Shown here: in pieces, positions 41,305 through 54,811 of the stretch
Numbering within the stretch: position 1 is the stretch's first letter
How the letters are laid out: every line of letters begins with the position of its first letter
Source: Dictyostelium discoideum
Lineage: Eukaryota
DNA: 64,000 nucleotides
Assembly: GCA_000004695.1 (NCBI GenBank)
Contig: CM000155.2
Span: 1,056,001-1,120,000, forward strand
Direction: 5' to 3'
The notes under the pieces: model-generated
Seen by the model: the letters and a program-made list of their open reading frames with translations, nothing else
What the model was told of the DNA's origin: nothing
Databases searched by the model: none
Translations under genes and position numbers: made by a program

Positions 41305-42720
41305 TTTGATGAAATTGTAATGAACGTCGTATTCCAATTCCTATGGAATACTCTTTATAATTTGTATATACGTATATACTTGTGTGACCCTTGAACACAC
41401 AGAAATAATTAATAATAAATAATAAATGATAAATAATATTATATCTCTTATATAATATAATAAAGCTTTCGTTTGTGCACAATTTGGAATGAAACAACAA
41501 TGAATTAATTTTTATTTTATTTACTATTTATACTAAAATTAATTTTACTAAAGAAACCATTGGTAAAATTTCTGAGAATAAAGTAAGAATCTTGTATTTG
41601 TTAACGTCTTTTCAGTTACAGATTTATTTCTATATTTGTATTTTACCAGGGATAAAAACTTTATATATTAATTTATGTCGCTTAATTATTCGCGATTATT
41701 ACAAAATTTTATATTTTTTGCATTCCTCGTTTTTTTATTAATTTTTCGAACAAAAGAAAGATAAAACACATCTTCTTTAACTGTAAAATAATTCTACCAA
41801 TCTGTAATGATATATACTCGAAAGTGACTTCTATTACTAACAATACCAAGTATGGCATCTGGTCTGAATCCATTCTTTAAAGATTATACGATAAGTTTCA
41901 AGAAAATTTAGTGGGTGCAATTATGGAAGTAATATGGATAAGAAGAAACTCGATAAAATTTGATAATGAAGATAAAGCGGTTACTTTGAATTTGGTAGTT
42001 TACATTTTATCAAAAACAAGGGATGCTGAATGGGTAGAATAATTAAGGTTATCGAACATTTAAGAAGAAGGGAAATAAAAAATTCCCAAATAGATCATAC
42101 GTGGAAGATAATGAATAAGTTGGAAAAGTTTATCCACGTCTGGAATTCGCAACTGATGAAAACTTATGTACCTGAACATTTAACCCATTACAGCTCTTTC
42201 AATACTAATTTTATAAATTCATACATAAAAATATATATATATTATACTTAAATAAAATTAAATAAAACAAGGACACATCTCAATTTGGGATGAGGTCATT
42301 AAAAAAAAAAAAATAAAAAAAAAAAAGAAAGATACCTATGTACAAATCAAGTAAAACTGCCAGAAAGCCTGGCTGAAATTAAAACGCTCCAAACCAAACT
42401 TCTAGCCCCTACCAAAACTAAAAAGAATAAATACCAAACGACTTTATCATATCCAGATTTCAACTTCTTCTCCCCAATTACAGACCTAAGGATTAGAATA
42501 TCTCAAGTCCCAATTGTATTATCCAATTCAAAAAAAGTTTTAAAATGGGAGAACATTCAAGCCATTTTCACAAAAATTAACTTTTTCAAAAGATCCTACC
42601 AATTTAAAGATCCAAAGAAAACCAAAAATAAAATATTAATTTTTTTAAGCTAATTTGATATAAACAGACTCTAAATATGATGCAAAAAAAAATAAAAAAA
42701 AAAATAAAAAAATAAATAAT
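41305..42720. mobile_element. Candidate retroelement remnant (TRE5-type?) upstream of the tRNA-Ser gene
   Basis: About 1.4 kb of moderately complex, ORF-poor sequence begins immediately 5' of the tRNA. The only ORF (42030..42251, 73 aa) has no recognisable domain. TRE5 elements insert ~50 bp upstream of Dictyostelium tRNA genes. The identity was not verified. Confidence 0.3.
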
Positions 42721-43512
42721 AATAAATCTAATTTTGTTTTTTTTTTTTTTCCCAAGATTTATCTATTTTTATAATTAAATAAAATTTCAATAATATATTT
42801 ATTATAATAAAAATAACAATCAATTTTCATTAAATCGGATAAATATTTGTACTGTTGTAATTTTTAATTAAAAAATAAAATAAAAAATATCTGTCTCGTC
42901 TAAAAATGCTTTTTTGGAAGTGCTGAGTTTTCAGATGACTCACACATAAAAAAAAAAAAAAAAAAAAAGAAAAATTAAATTAAAATAAAATTTATTTTTT
43001 TAAAATTATCACTTTTTTTATTTTTTATCTTTTTTTTTTTTTTTTTTTTTTTTTGTCTTTTTAAAAAAAAATAAAAAAAAATAAAAAAATAAAAAATTAG
43101 ATTTCAAGAAATTATTTATTTATATTAAATATTTGATTTTTATAATTGAACTTAAAAAATAAAAAAAAAATAAAAAAAAAAATAAAAAAAATTAAAAATA
43201 AAAAAAATAAAAAATTTTTCAATTTTTTTTTTTTTTATTCATCATTATTGATTTTGACTTTTTTTATGACCATAAAAAAAATATCAACATATTACTGCAT
43301 CATCAACATCCACAACAACAACAACAAAAGAAATAATTACTAAATAACAAACGGACGATAGTTTAGTAATTTTCGATATTTATAGAAAAAAAAAAAAAAC
43401 AAAAAGGAATTTCAATATATAGTTATATTTGAAAATCTACAATAAAACTATTGTTGTATTATATTAAAAAAACACTCACTCACACAAATATATATATATA
43501 AAAACTTTGAAA

Positions 43513-44404
43513 ATGGTAAATAATTATCTTAATATTACATATTTAAATGTTTCAAACATTCCTAACATTAAAAAAAATAAAAAAATAAAAAAATAAAAAA
43601 AAAATAAATTAGGCAACTCAAAATGTTGATTCTGGTCATGAAGACATGGTTGTAAGTATACTATTTTGTTTACTAGAAATCTTTTATTTTAATACCAATA
43701 AATAAACGAATATTAATTTTTTTTTTTTGCATGTATCAATTTTCAAAAATAATAATAAATAATAATGATAATAATAAATAATAATAATTTAGCACGATGC
43801 TCAATTTGATTATTATGGTAAATTTTTAGCAACATGTTCATCAGATAAAATGATTAAAATTTTTGATGTAGGCGGTGAAAATCCACAACACCTTGTAGAT
43901 TTAAGAGGGTATGTACTCATATTTTTATTATTTTTTATTTTTCACACACACATGCAAATTCCAAATTTTAATATATATATATATATATTTGTTTGTTTGT
44001 TTGTTTGTTATTTTTTTAAAAAATTAAGACACGAAGGTCCAGTATGGCAAGTTGCTTGGGCACACCCAAAATTTGGAAAGATTTTAGCATCAGCATCATA
44101 CGATCGTAAAGTTATTGTTTGGAAAGAAGTTGGTAATAATAGTTGGAGTATCATTCATCAATATGCAGGTCATGAATTATCAGTAAATTCAATCTCATGG
44201 GCACCACATGAATTTGGTTTAAGTCTAGCATGTGCAAGTTCGGATGGTTCAGTTACAATTCATAATTATAATAGTAAATATTATAAACTATAATAATAGT
44301 AATAATGGGTTTTGATTATTTATTTTTAAAAATATGTAATTATATATTACTAACACATAATTTATTTATTTATTTATTTTCTTTCTTTTTTACAATATTA
44401 TTTT

Positions 44405-44442
<38 letters not shown>

Positions 44443-44944
44443 TAATGTTTGGGAAGCACCACAAAAGATTCAAGTATCACAAATTGGTGTAAATTCAGTA
44501 TCATGGTCACCAGCAGCAATACCAACATCATTGGTAAATAGTGCCAATACAATTATTCCAGCACCAATTAAACGAATTGTTACAGGTTCATGTGATAATT
44601 TGATAAAGATTTTCAAGAATGTAGAAGATAAATGGATTCTTGATAAACAATTGGAAGATCATAAAGATTGGGTTAGAGATGTTGCATGGGCACCAAATAT
44701 TGGCTTACCATATTCTAAAATCGCATCTTGTTCACAAGATCGTTCCGTCATTGTTTGGACTCAAGATGAAAATGGTGTTTGGTCTGGTAAACCTTTACCA
44801 AAATTCGATGATATCGTTTGGAGAGTTAGTTGGTCTGTCATTGGTAATATTTTAGCTGTTTCATGTGGTGATAATCAAGTAACTCTTTGGAAAGAAGGTG
44901 TTGATTCTGAATGGAAATTAATTTCTCATGTTGAAAATAATTAA
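43513..44944 (+). CDS. sec13: Sec13 (COPII coat, nuclear-pore and GATOR2/SEA WD40 protein), ~301 aa, five exons: join(43513..43515,43613..43651,43793..43908,44029..44273,44442..44944)
   Basis: It is nearly collinear with human SEC13: [33 protein letters not shown] vs [33 protein letters not shown]; [33 protein letters not shown] vs [33 protein letters not shown]; [10 protein letters not shown]; [31 protein letters not shown]; [23 protein letters not shown]. The first exon is the ATG codon alone (ATG|GTAAAT). Exon 2 has an in-frame TAG immediately upstream of its acceptor, so it cannot supply the start. Confidence 0.88.
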
Positions 44945-45688
44945 TTAATATCATAAACAAGAAAAAAAATAAAAAATAAAAAAAATAATAATAATAATAA
45001 TAAAAAAAAAAAAAAAAAAAAAAATAAAATAAAAATAAAAACAAAATAATAATTTAATAAATAAAAAAAAAAAAAAAAAAAAAGTATATACTCCCAAAAT
45101 TAAAAAAGGGTTTGTGTACCTCATTTATTTTTTTTTTTTTATTTTTTTTTTTTTATTTTTTTTTTAGAAATAGTAATGTGTTTAAATTTAGAAAAAAAAA
45201 AAAAGTGGTAATATCTTTAAAGAGGAATGGGGGTTTATTTTTTAATTTTAATTTTTTTTAAAAAAATAAAAAAATACCATACTAATTATAAAATAACTAA
45301 ATCTGAGGGGTTTGTTTTTACTAAATTAAAAAATTATTTTTTTTTTTTTTTTTTTTATTTTTTGTTTTTAAAAAATATATTTAAATATACAATTTTTTAC
45401 CAATTTTAGTAATTCCTTAAACTATTGATTACTATAGAATGGAGTGTTGTTCAATTTGAAATATTCGAATGTTTGTGTGAGATAAATATTAAATTTTGAA
45501 AATATAAATAGAAAATAAATTTTAAATTTTAAAATCATTCAAAACAACAAACTAAATAACAAACAAAAAAAAAAAAAATTATTTATTCAATTATATATAT
45601 TAATACATTATATTTATTTATTTATTTATTTATTAATTTTAAAAAAAAAAAAAAAATTAAATAAAATCAAAAAAAAAAAATTTAAAAA

Positions 45689-45787
45689 ATGAATTGGAAA
45701 AAAATTACAACTATGGGAGTTATGGTACTCGCTTCAGGTATGTAAAATTAAAATTTTAATTATTAATTTAATTAATCATAATATAAA

Positions 45788-45828
<41 letters not shown>

Positions 45829-47010
45829 CTCTTGAAATATATTATAGCTATTGCAGCAGCTTATTCAAGTGGTAGTGAAACAATTTTATGTCCATTAGTG
45901 AATCATTGTGAAAAAGTTAATGAATGGGTTGAAAATAATGATGTTCCATATGCAAAATTCAATTGTCATATAACAAATATTGGTAATACACCAATTGGTA
46001 ATGTTGTAATGAGATTATCTGGTGATGGTAAAACTAAAGAAGTTTGGGAAATGGAAACAAAAGATAATGGTCAAACCTATAATTTCCCTCAATGGAGACA
46101 ACAACAACAATTAGCATTTAACCAATCTCATCCATGGGGTTACACTGTTCAAGGTGGTAAAGAATTAAATGTTAATTTATGTGGTGGTGCAACACCATAT
46201 ACCAATAATTTACAATCAAATCAACAAACTCAAACTCAACAAAAATCATCCGATATTGTTTGTAACCTTTCAAATAAATGTACAGTTTCAAACCAATGGA
46301 AAAACGGTGACCAAGTTAATACACAATATAAATGTTTTATAACCAATAATGGTAAAGTTCCAGTATCATTCATTGATATTCGTATAAATGGTAATAGTGA
46401 TCTTTACAATGTCTGGGAAATCATAACACCAAATAATGGTTTATCATGGGATTTAACATCTTGGAGAATTGACAAACCATTAGAAGCTACCCAATCTCAC
46501 GAATGGGGTTACATCATCGTCGGTGATAAACCATTAGATATCCAAGTTTGTCAAAATAGTCCAATCCCAACTGTCACTCAATCACCATCACCAATTTCAT
46601 CAAATAAACAACAAAAATCAATTGTTCAACAAGAAGAAGCTGATGGTTCAAGTTCAACTACTACTACCACAACCACCACCACCAATCAAGATCAAGTTGT
46701 TTGTACAGTCTCAAATAAATGTACAGTTGAAAAGGAATGGAAAAATGGTGAACAAAAGAATAAACAATATAGTTGTGAAATCACAAATAATGGTAAAGGT
46801 CCACTCTCACATGTCGATATTCGTCTTAGTAATAACAGTGCTCTTTACAATGTTTGGGAAGTTTATACTGTAAACAATGGTCTCTCTTTTGATGTCTCAC
46901 CATGGAGACTCGATAATCCAATTCAACCAGGTCAATCTCACTCTTGGGGTTATATCGTCAATGATGATGTTGCTTTAGATGTTAAAGTTTGTCAAATGGG
47001 TACAAACTAG
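45689..47010 (+). CDS. Secreted protein with three tandem ~105-aa Cys/Trp-containing repeats (Dictyostelium cellulose-binding/CBM-like domain) separated by Gln- and Thr-rich linkers, ~403 aa, two exons: join(45689..45737,45848..47010)
   Basis: Signal peptide MNWKKITTMGVMVLAS|gtatgt, which continues in phase (G+CT = Ala) as ...AIAAAYSS. The repeats are CPLVNHCEKVNEWVENNDVPYAKFNCHITNIGNTPIGNVVMRLSGDG...VWEMETKDNGQTYNFPQWR...SHPWGYTVQGGKELNVNLC; CNLSNKCTVSNQWKNGDQVNTQYKCFITNNGKVPVSFIDIRINGNSDLYNVWEIITPNNGLSWDLTSWRIDKPLEATQSHEWGYIIVGDKPLDIQVC; and CTVSNKCTVEKEWKNGEQKNKQYSCEITNNGKGPLSHVDIRLSNNSALYNVWEVYTVNNGLSFDVSPWRLDNPIQPGQSHSWGYIVNDDVALDVKVC. The linkers are QQTQTQQKSS and [14 protein letters not shown]. 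Confidence 0.6.
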
Positions 47011-47343
47011 ATTAGATCTTTTTTTAAAATATCTTATTATTAAATAAAATAATTTTTATTTATTAAAAAAAAAAAAAAAATAAAAAAAAAATATGAAACA
47101 GAAACAAAAATAAAAAATTTTACTTTTTGGAAAAAAAAAAAAAAAATGAAAAAATATAAAAAATTTTTTTAATCAGTCTACAATCTTCGAATCTGCATTT
47201 TTTTTTTTTTTTTTTTCAAAAATTTAATTAATTTCATTTTTTTTTTTTTTTTTTTGCGGTATAAAAAAAAAAAAAATATTTTTTTAATGTGATCAGTTGA
47301 GCCCCCCAAAAAATTAAAAATTAAATTAAAAAAAAAAAATATA

Positions 47344-47378
<35 letters not shown>

Positions 47379-48217
47379 TTTTTTTTTTTTTTATTTTATT
47401 TTATTTTGTTTAAAAAATATTTTATTTTATTTTATTTTATTTACTTTTTTTAGAATCGAATTACTAATTTGTTTTTATATATTTTATATATATTTATATT
47501 TTAAAATAATTTCCTAATAAATATAAATATACAATATAATTTCAAGTTAATAGTAAATTGATCAGTGTATTTTTAAATAAATTTATATTCATATATAAAT
47601 TTTTATTTTATTTTTTAAATAAATATTGGTATGTTTGTATTGAAAAAAAAAAAAAAAAAAAATCAAAAAAATAAATAAATAAACTCACTCTCACACAGTT
47701 AACCAAATTAGTAATAAAAACACAGAAAACTTTATTGTTTTTTTTATAATTTTTTTTTTTTTTTTTGATTTTTTACTTTCTACTTTAGTATTGTTATCCT
47801 TAAATTTGTAATAATTTTTATTATAATAATATAATTTTAAAATATCACACCGCCTTTCGTTTATTCATTTTATTTAATTATATATTATATTTTTATAAAA
47901 GTATAAAAAAAAAAAAGGAAGTTGTTTTACCTTTTTTTCCACCCATTTTTGGAAAATTAAAATTAAACAACAAAAAAAAAAAAAACCTCCAATATACATA
48001 AAAATTATGGTGATTGTGTTTTTGAACATTCAAAGTAAAGATAATAATATTTAAAAATCGAAATCATTTTTATTTATTTTTTTTATTTTTTTATTTATTT
48101 TTTTTTTTTTTTTTTTTTTTGTATAACACCCACAAACACACCACCACACACCTTCATTAATTTGAAAAAAAAAAAAAGAACGGTTCAATATGTATTTATC
48201 CATTTTTAAACCCCCCC

Positions 48218-48252
<35 letters not shown>

Positions 48253-49810
48253 GGATTTTTATTGTCTAAATCACCTGTGATATCATTAATGTGTGTTGTT
48301 TGTAGGGGTTAATGGTGTTGTTTATTGTTTATTTTAGATATCTGTATGCCTAAAAAGGATATCTACGGACACTATTGTTTTGTTCAATCAATCAAATCTA
48401 TCAATATACACTCTCATATGATTTAATATTGAAAATTTTATTACATGCACTTTAATTAATTATAAAAGGGGAAAAAAATAAATAATAATAATAAAAAAAA
48501 AAAAAGGGGTTACACATTGTTTTATTTTTTTTTTTTATTTAAAAAAAAAAAAAATACTTTATTTATACATATATTTATATATAAATGTTTTCTTTAATTT
48601 TATTTTTATTTTATTTTATTTTTTTTTTTGTTAATGGAAAAATATTGATTAAGTGAGTTTGTGGTAACAACATTATTTTTTTTTTTTTTTTTTTTTTCTT
48701 TCTGTTCTTTTTTCTTCCTTTTTTTTTTTCTTTCTTTTTTTTTTTTGTTTTTTCCCCTTTTTCTTTATAAAAATTTTTTCATTAAATTATTATTTTTAAA
48801 AAAAATTGGGGTCGTATGTACACGTATTTATAATATATAATTAAAGTTTAAGTCATTCCCAAATTAAAAATAGAAAAAAAAAAAAAAAAAAAAAAAACAC
48901 ACATAGCAACATATCATACACTATATAGAATATAGTAATTACTATTCCCTTTTTGCTATTCATTAATATTTTATAAATTTTTTTATGTATGGAAAGAAAA
49001 ACAAACCATTTTCAAATTTTTTTTTTTTTTTTTTTATATAAAAATTAATTATAAAAATAAAAAGAGGTAACAATAATAAAAAAAATAAAAAAATATAAAA
49101 AAATAAAAAATTATAAAAAAATATAAAATTTAATAATAATAATAATAATATCAAATTTAGATGGAAAATTTTAAATATTAGAAATAAAAAAAAAAAAAAG
49201 TCAATTTTTTATTTTTTTTATTTTTTTTTTTTTTTTAAACCCACCAAACCCACTATGCTATTTTTGCAGGCTGATTTAAAATTTTTTTTATTTTTAAATT
49301 AATTCAGGGGCATTAGGTTGATTTTATGATATAAAAATATCAACACCAAACACACACACTCACACATAAATATACACACACAAATTTTTTCTTTCTTTTC
49401 ACAATTAACCTAACATTTTGATTTTTATTTAATTTTTTTTTTTTATTTAATATTTTTTTATTTTTATTTTTTTTATTTTTTTTAAAATTTTAATTTTATT
49501 ATTATCAATAGGATTGATTATTATAATAAAATTTGTTTTTGGATTTTGTTTTTCTCCTTATTTTTAATTTTTTTTTTTTTTTTTTCTAAATAGTTTTTAT
49601 AATTAAAAAAAAAAATAATAAAAAAAAAATAAATAAAAATATATATATATTAATTGTAATAATAATATTAATTTAGATAAATAAAATTAGTTCAAATAAA
49701 TACATACAATTCTAAAAATAAATAAAAAAAAAAAAAAAACACACAGCCTTTGTAACATTAATATCAGTAACACTAAAAAAGTACCAACAAAAAAAAAAAG
49801 TTTTAAACCC

Positions 49811-49861
<51 letters not shown>

Positions 49862-49866
<5 letters not shown>

Positions 49867-49973
49867 ATCAGTGTCAAGCTCTTCAAGTCGATTATCAGTC
49901 TCAACCCCAAGAAAATTAGATGAATGGACAAATGTTACCAAAACTGGTATTGGTATGTGATTTTATACTAAAA

Positions 49974-50004
<31 letters not shown>

Positions 50005-50375
50005 AAAAAAAAAAAAAAAAAAATATTAAAACTTATTTTTTTTTTTTAAATTTATTTTTTTATTTAGTTTTATTCCCATTTAATGCAACACATAAATTTC
50101 AATTACCATTATCAGTAGGAGATTTTGTACAAATTCATGCACAAACATCACAAGAACAAATTGGATGGTATAGTGGTGTTTCAGTTACTACCCAAGAAAG
50201 TGGTATCTTTCCTCAATCATTTGTTGTAATTTTACCAGAACAAACTGATATTGATGATCCATTATCACTTCCAAATCATATTCCAATATGTTCAAAATTG
50301 TAATTACTAATTATACACCCCCATTTTTTTTTTTTTTTTATAATAACAAATATTAATAATAATAATTTTATTTTT

Positions 50376-50406
<31 letters not shown>

Positions 50407-51408
50407 TTCATTTTAAAAAAAATAGAACTTTAACAAATGATGAAATGTCAAATTCATCAATTGTAAATGAAATAACATCAACAATTGTAGAATGGGCAAC
50501 ATTATTAAAGATTTATTCAACTGGTAAACAATATAATGAATTTAAAGTTTTATCACAAAAGATATCACAATTGGTTCAATATAGAAATCAAATTTTATTA
50601 TATAAATCACCAAAAGAGATTACCTATGATTTACGTGATCGTATTCTTTCGGTCATTGATGAAGGTAGAAGAGATACAGGTATGACTATAGTTTTAAGAA
50701 AAGAGATTCCAAATACTTATAGTTCATTAGCATGTCAACAAGCATCTCAAAGAACCAGTATAAATATACCACCAACGGTAGCAACTGATTTGATTTTAGC
50801 AGATGCTGAAAATTCAGGTGTTTTCACACTTTGTACAATGTATCAAGAAAAGAAATTAGAAATTGTAGCTCTAAATAATAGTTTTAGAGATTCATTTGAA
50901 TATGATTCTTTAGAAATTAGTGGAGCTAATTTAAATAATAGTTTAAATAATGTAAATAGTAATAACAATAACAATATAAATAATTCAAATATAGCGGCCG
51001 CCGGAGGATTACAATCATCCTTATCGACAAATAATTTATTAAATGGAGCCAATGTAATATTATCACAATCACCATCACCAATGAACTCATCATCAACTGC
51101 AACATCATTATCACAACAACAATCACCAAATTCTTCATCCATTGGTCAATCACCAATTTCATCAGGTCAATCATCACCAACCAATTCAAGTTCAACTACA
51201 TTACCAGGTTCTTCACCTTCAAATGGTAATAATATATTGGGTAGTTCAATGAATGGTGGTGGTGGTATTGGTGGTGCTAATGGTTCACCATTATCAAATT
51301 CAAATAAAGATTTACAATTTTCATCATCACAATCACAAACATCAATACTTCAACAAACTCAATCACAATCTCAATTAATACAGCAACAACAACAACAATC
51401 ACAACAGC

Positions 51409-51440
<32 letters not shown>

Positions 51441-54269
51441 GTTCAATATTCATCATCACCGTCATCTCAATCTTCATCATCATTTTCATCATCACCAGGT
51501 AATTCCTCATTTTTATCATCAAAATTAAATAAACAGGGTAGTTCAAAAAATTTTTTATCAAATGTATTATTAAAGAGTAAAGGATCATCATCATCAACAT
51601 CATCACTTTCAATGAGTGGTGGTATGTTACCACCATCAAATGGTTCACCAAATGGTTTAAATTCAAGCGGAGGATTTTCAAATCATGGTAATGGTCTATC
51701 AAATTCAAACAATGGAATTCAACCATCCTCATCATCATCATCATCTCCATCATCTTCATCACCTTCCTCTTCTTCAATGGTTAGCTCTTCATATGTGTCA
51801 GTATCAGCTCAATCACCATCATCAATATCTTCACCAAATGTTAATGGTGGTTTAAATCAATCATTATCATCATTAAATTTAAATTCACCAATTTTATCAA
51901 ATTCACCAAATAAAAAAATGCAAACTATAAAAATGAAATCTAGACAATATTTATTACAACAACAACAGATTCAACAACAGCAACAACAACAACAAGGTGG
52001 AAATAGTAATAGCAGTGGTGGTAATAGTAATAATAATAATAATAATGGTGAAATGATAACGAAATTTAATTCACAACTTTTAATATCATTAAATAATTTC
52101 TTATATTCATCTGGCGATAATATTGATATTGTATTATCAATTTATAATAGATCAGAGAATAAATTCCTATCAGAGAGTTATTGTGGTATTGTACCACCTC
52201 ATGGTATTTTTGTTGAACCAGAGAATCCAAATGAAAGAATTAGAACAATCTTTAGAGATTTAGAACTCAAGGATTTAAATTCCGATTTATATTTAGTGGC
52301 TAAACTTTACAGAAAAACCAATTCACTCTCATCAAAGGATCCAAATTCATCACCAACATTAACTCGTTCAAATGCAAATATGTCAAGTAGTTCAAATTTA
52401 AATAATCTTGGTGGTCCAACTAAATTGTTTAGAAAATTTGTTGGTTGTGGTGTAAAGAGATTAGATCTTTCAAATGAAGGTGTTAGTGAATTAATGATTA
52501 CATTGAATACCACTAGTAGTGAAAATAATTTTTATAATCTTCATGAGCAAATTATAAATGAACAAACTACAATCTATGAACCAATTACTAGAGCTAAAGG
52601 TGTTGTTTTTACAGTTCAATTATTCACTGGTGATTATCAGCAATTCCTTCAAGAGTTTCCAGATTTTAGAAGTGTAACTACCTCTTTAAAATTACAATTA
52701 CCAGAGGTGGTTTTACCTGGTGGTGAAAGAAATGATATGTATATTCAATTGGAGGAAGGGGATTTCTCTGATAAAAACATTGAGGTACAATTACAAGTTC
52801 GTACTGAATCTGGTCAAATCATTCATGATGCAATTAAATTTGCAAATGGTCAATCATCAACTAGTGAATTTAAAACCCCACTTATTCCATCGGCACTTTG
52901 TAAATGGAATGAGATTGTAAAGATTTGGGTAACTGCAAAAACATTTGAAAAATCTCATCTTTTCTTTTTATTCAGACAATGTTCAGAAAAGAAAGATAAA
53001 GAGAGACAAACCATTGGTTTCGGTTATTTGAAATTTATGTCTGATGAAGGTTCTATCATTAAGGATCAACAATATACAATAAATGTCTATAAATCCAATA
53101 CCGATGATGTACCAGTTTCAAGTTATATCAATGGTGGTGTTGTAGATAATGAGAAATCAAGTAAATCAACAAAGAAATTAGATTCAATTAAAGTTAGAAC
53201 CACTTTTGTATCAAATTGTTTAACTCAAAATCCTTCGGTTGTGAATTTATCAAGATGGCAACAATATGGTGGCGATTTGTCATCGTTGATTAAGGATATC
53301 ACTTTCTTAAATTCTCAAGATCTTGTACGTAATCTTCAAGAGATCTTTTATAATTTCCTCTCAATTTTAGATCAACAATTGAATGATTCACCCCTATCGA
53401 TGGAGATTTTCCGTGCAATCGTTTTCATCATTGGTGTATTGGTCGAGAGTAGGACTTCAAATTATCGTCCAGCTTTAGATCTTTACGCTTCAAAATATTT
53501 TGGTACACCATTATCAAGCTCAAATAACAAACAAGACTCTTTCACTGGTATCACTGCACATACTCATTTACTTCGTTCCGTTGTAAAGAATTTAGAAAAC
53601 TTTGAAATACCTGCAAACGCTTCAAAAATTAGTTCATCTTTGAAAGCTTTGGAATATATTTTCAAGTTGGTAGTTGCTTCAAAAACTAAATTCACTGCAA
53701 ATAAAATGGATACTTTGGGTGGAAGCAATAATGAATCCTATCAAACCAATCTAAAGAGTGTAGTCGATATACTTTGCGAGATTATGTTAAGTGGTTCACC
53801 ATCTTTAATCGGTGCTAAAACTATAGCTTTAAAAAATTTCGAATCAATGTTTACAGATTTAAAGAAATTCTTTACAGTTGAAGAAATGGGTATTATAGCT
53901 TTGAAATTCATGAAATCCATTCAACATGATGAAAAGAAGAAAACTTTTTCAATCTTAAAATTGAAATTACTCTCCTCCTATATCAATGGTCCAATGATGT
54001 TATGTAAAGAAACTAGAAAACAATTATTACCATTGGTTTTCCAATTATTACATTTCCATTTTAGTAAATCAAGTGAAGAAACTGATATGTGTTTAATGAT
54101 CTTGGGTTTAATCGTTGATATTATGATTACTAAATCTGAATTACGTGGTAAAGATAAAGATCCTTGGTTAATGGAAATGTTACATTTCTTTGTACCAATT
54201 TTAGAATTATTACAATTATTAAATAATGGTAATAATATTAATAATTTAACTACTACAAATAATACAACC

Positions 54270-54304
<35 letters not shown>

Positions 54305-54766
54305 AACAACTACTACCACTACTACAACTACAAATTCAACAGTTGATGAAAAACGTAAAAGTTTATCATCAATTACATCACAATTATCAATAATGATTTC
54401 AACAATGAATGAAGAAAATCAAAATAATTTACGTATTAAAATTTATGCATTCATTTTAGGTACTGCTAGATTAAGTGGTGTTCAACATTGGGAGATGGTT
54501 AATAAATCAGTTACACAATTAAACAAAAACTTTTTCATTAATCTTTATGATAGTTTACAATTAATTTTTGAATCACCAAAATTCCCATCTGATTTTTGGA
54601 CATTTACAGTTTTCCAATTAAAAACAATTCTTAGAATGACTCGTATTTTAGAAGATGTAATATTTTATTTACCTTCAAATGTTGTACCAGCTGCAACTGC
54701 AACTGCAACTTCAACTTTAACAAATAATAATAACAATAGCAATAATAATAATAGTATTACCATCAC

Positions 54767-54811
<45 letters not shown>

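Noticed and set aside
42030-42251. 73-aa ORF (MGRIIKVIEHLRRREIKNSQIDHTWKIMNKLEKF...) in the tRNA-flanking block
   Set aside because: It has no recognisable domain (not clearly RT, endonuclease or ORF1) and its codon usage is unlike neighbouring genes. I kept it only as part of the candidate retroelement remnant.
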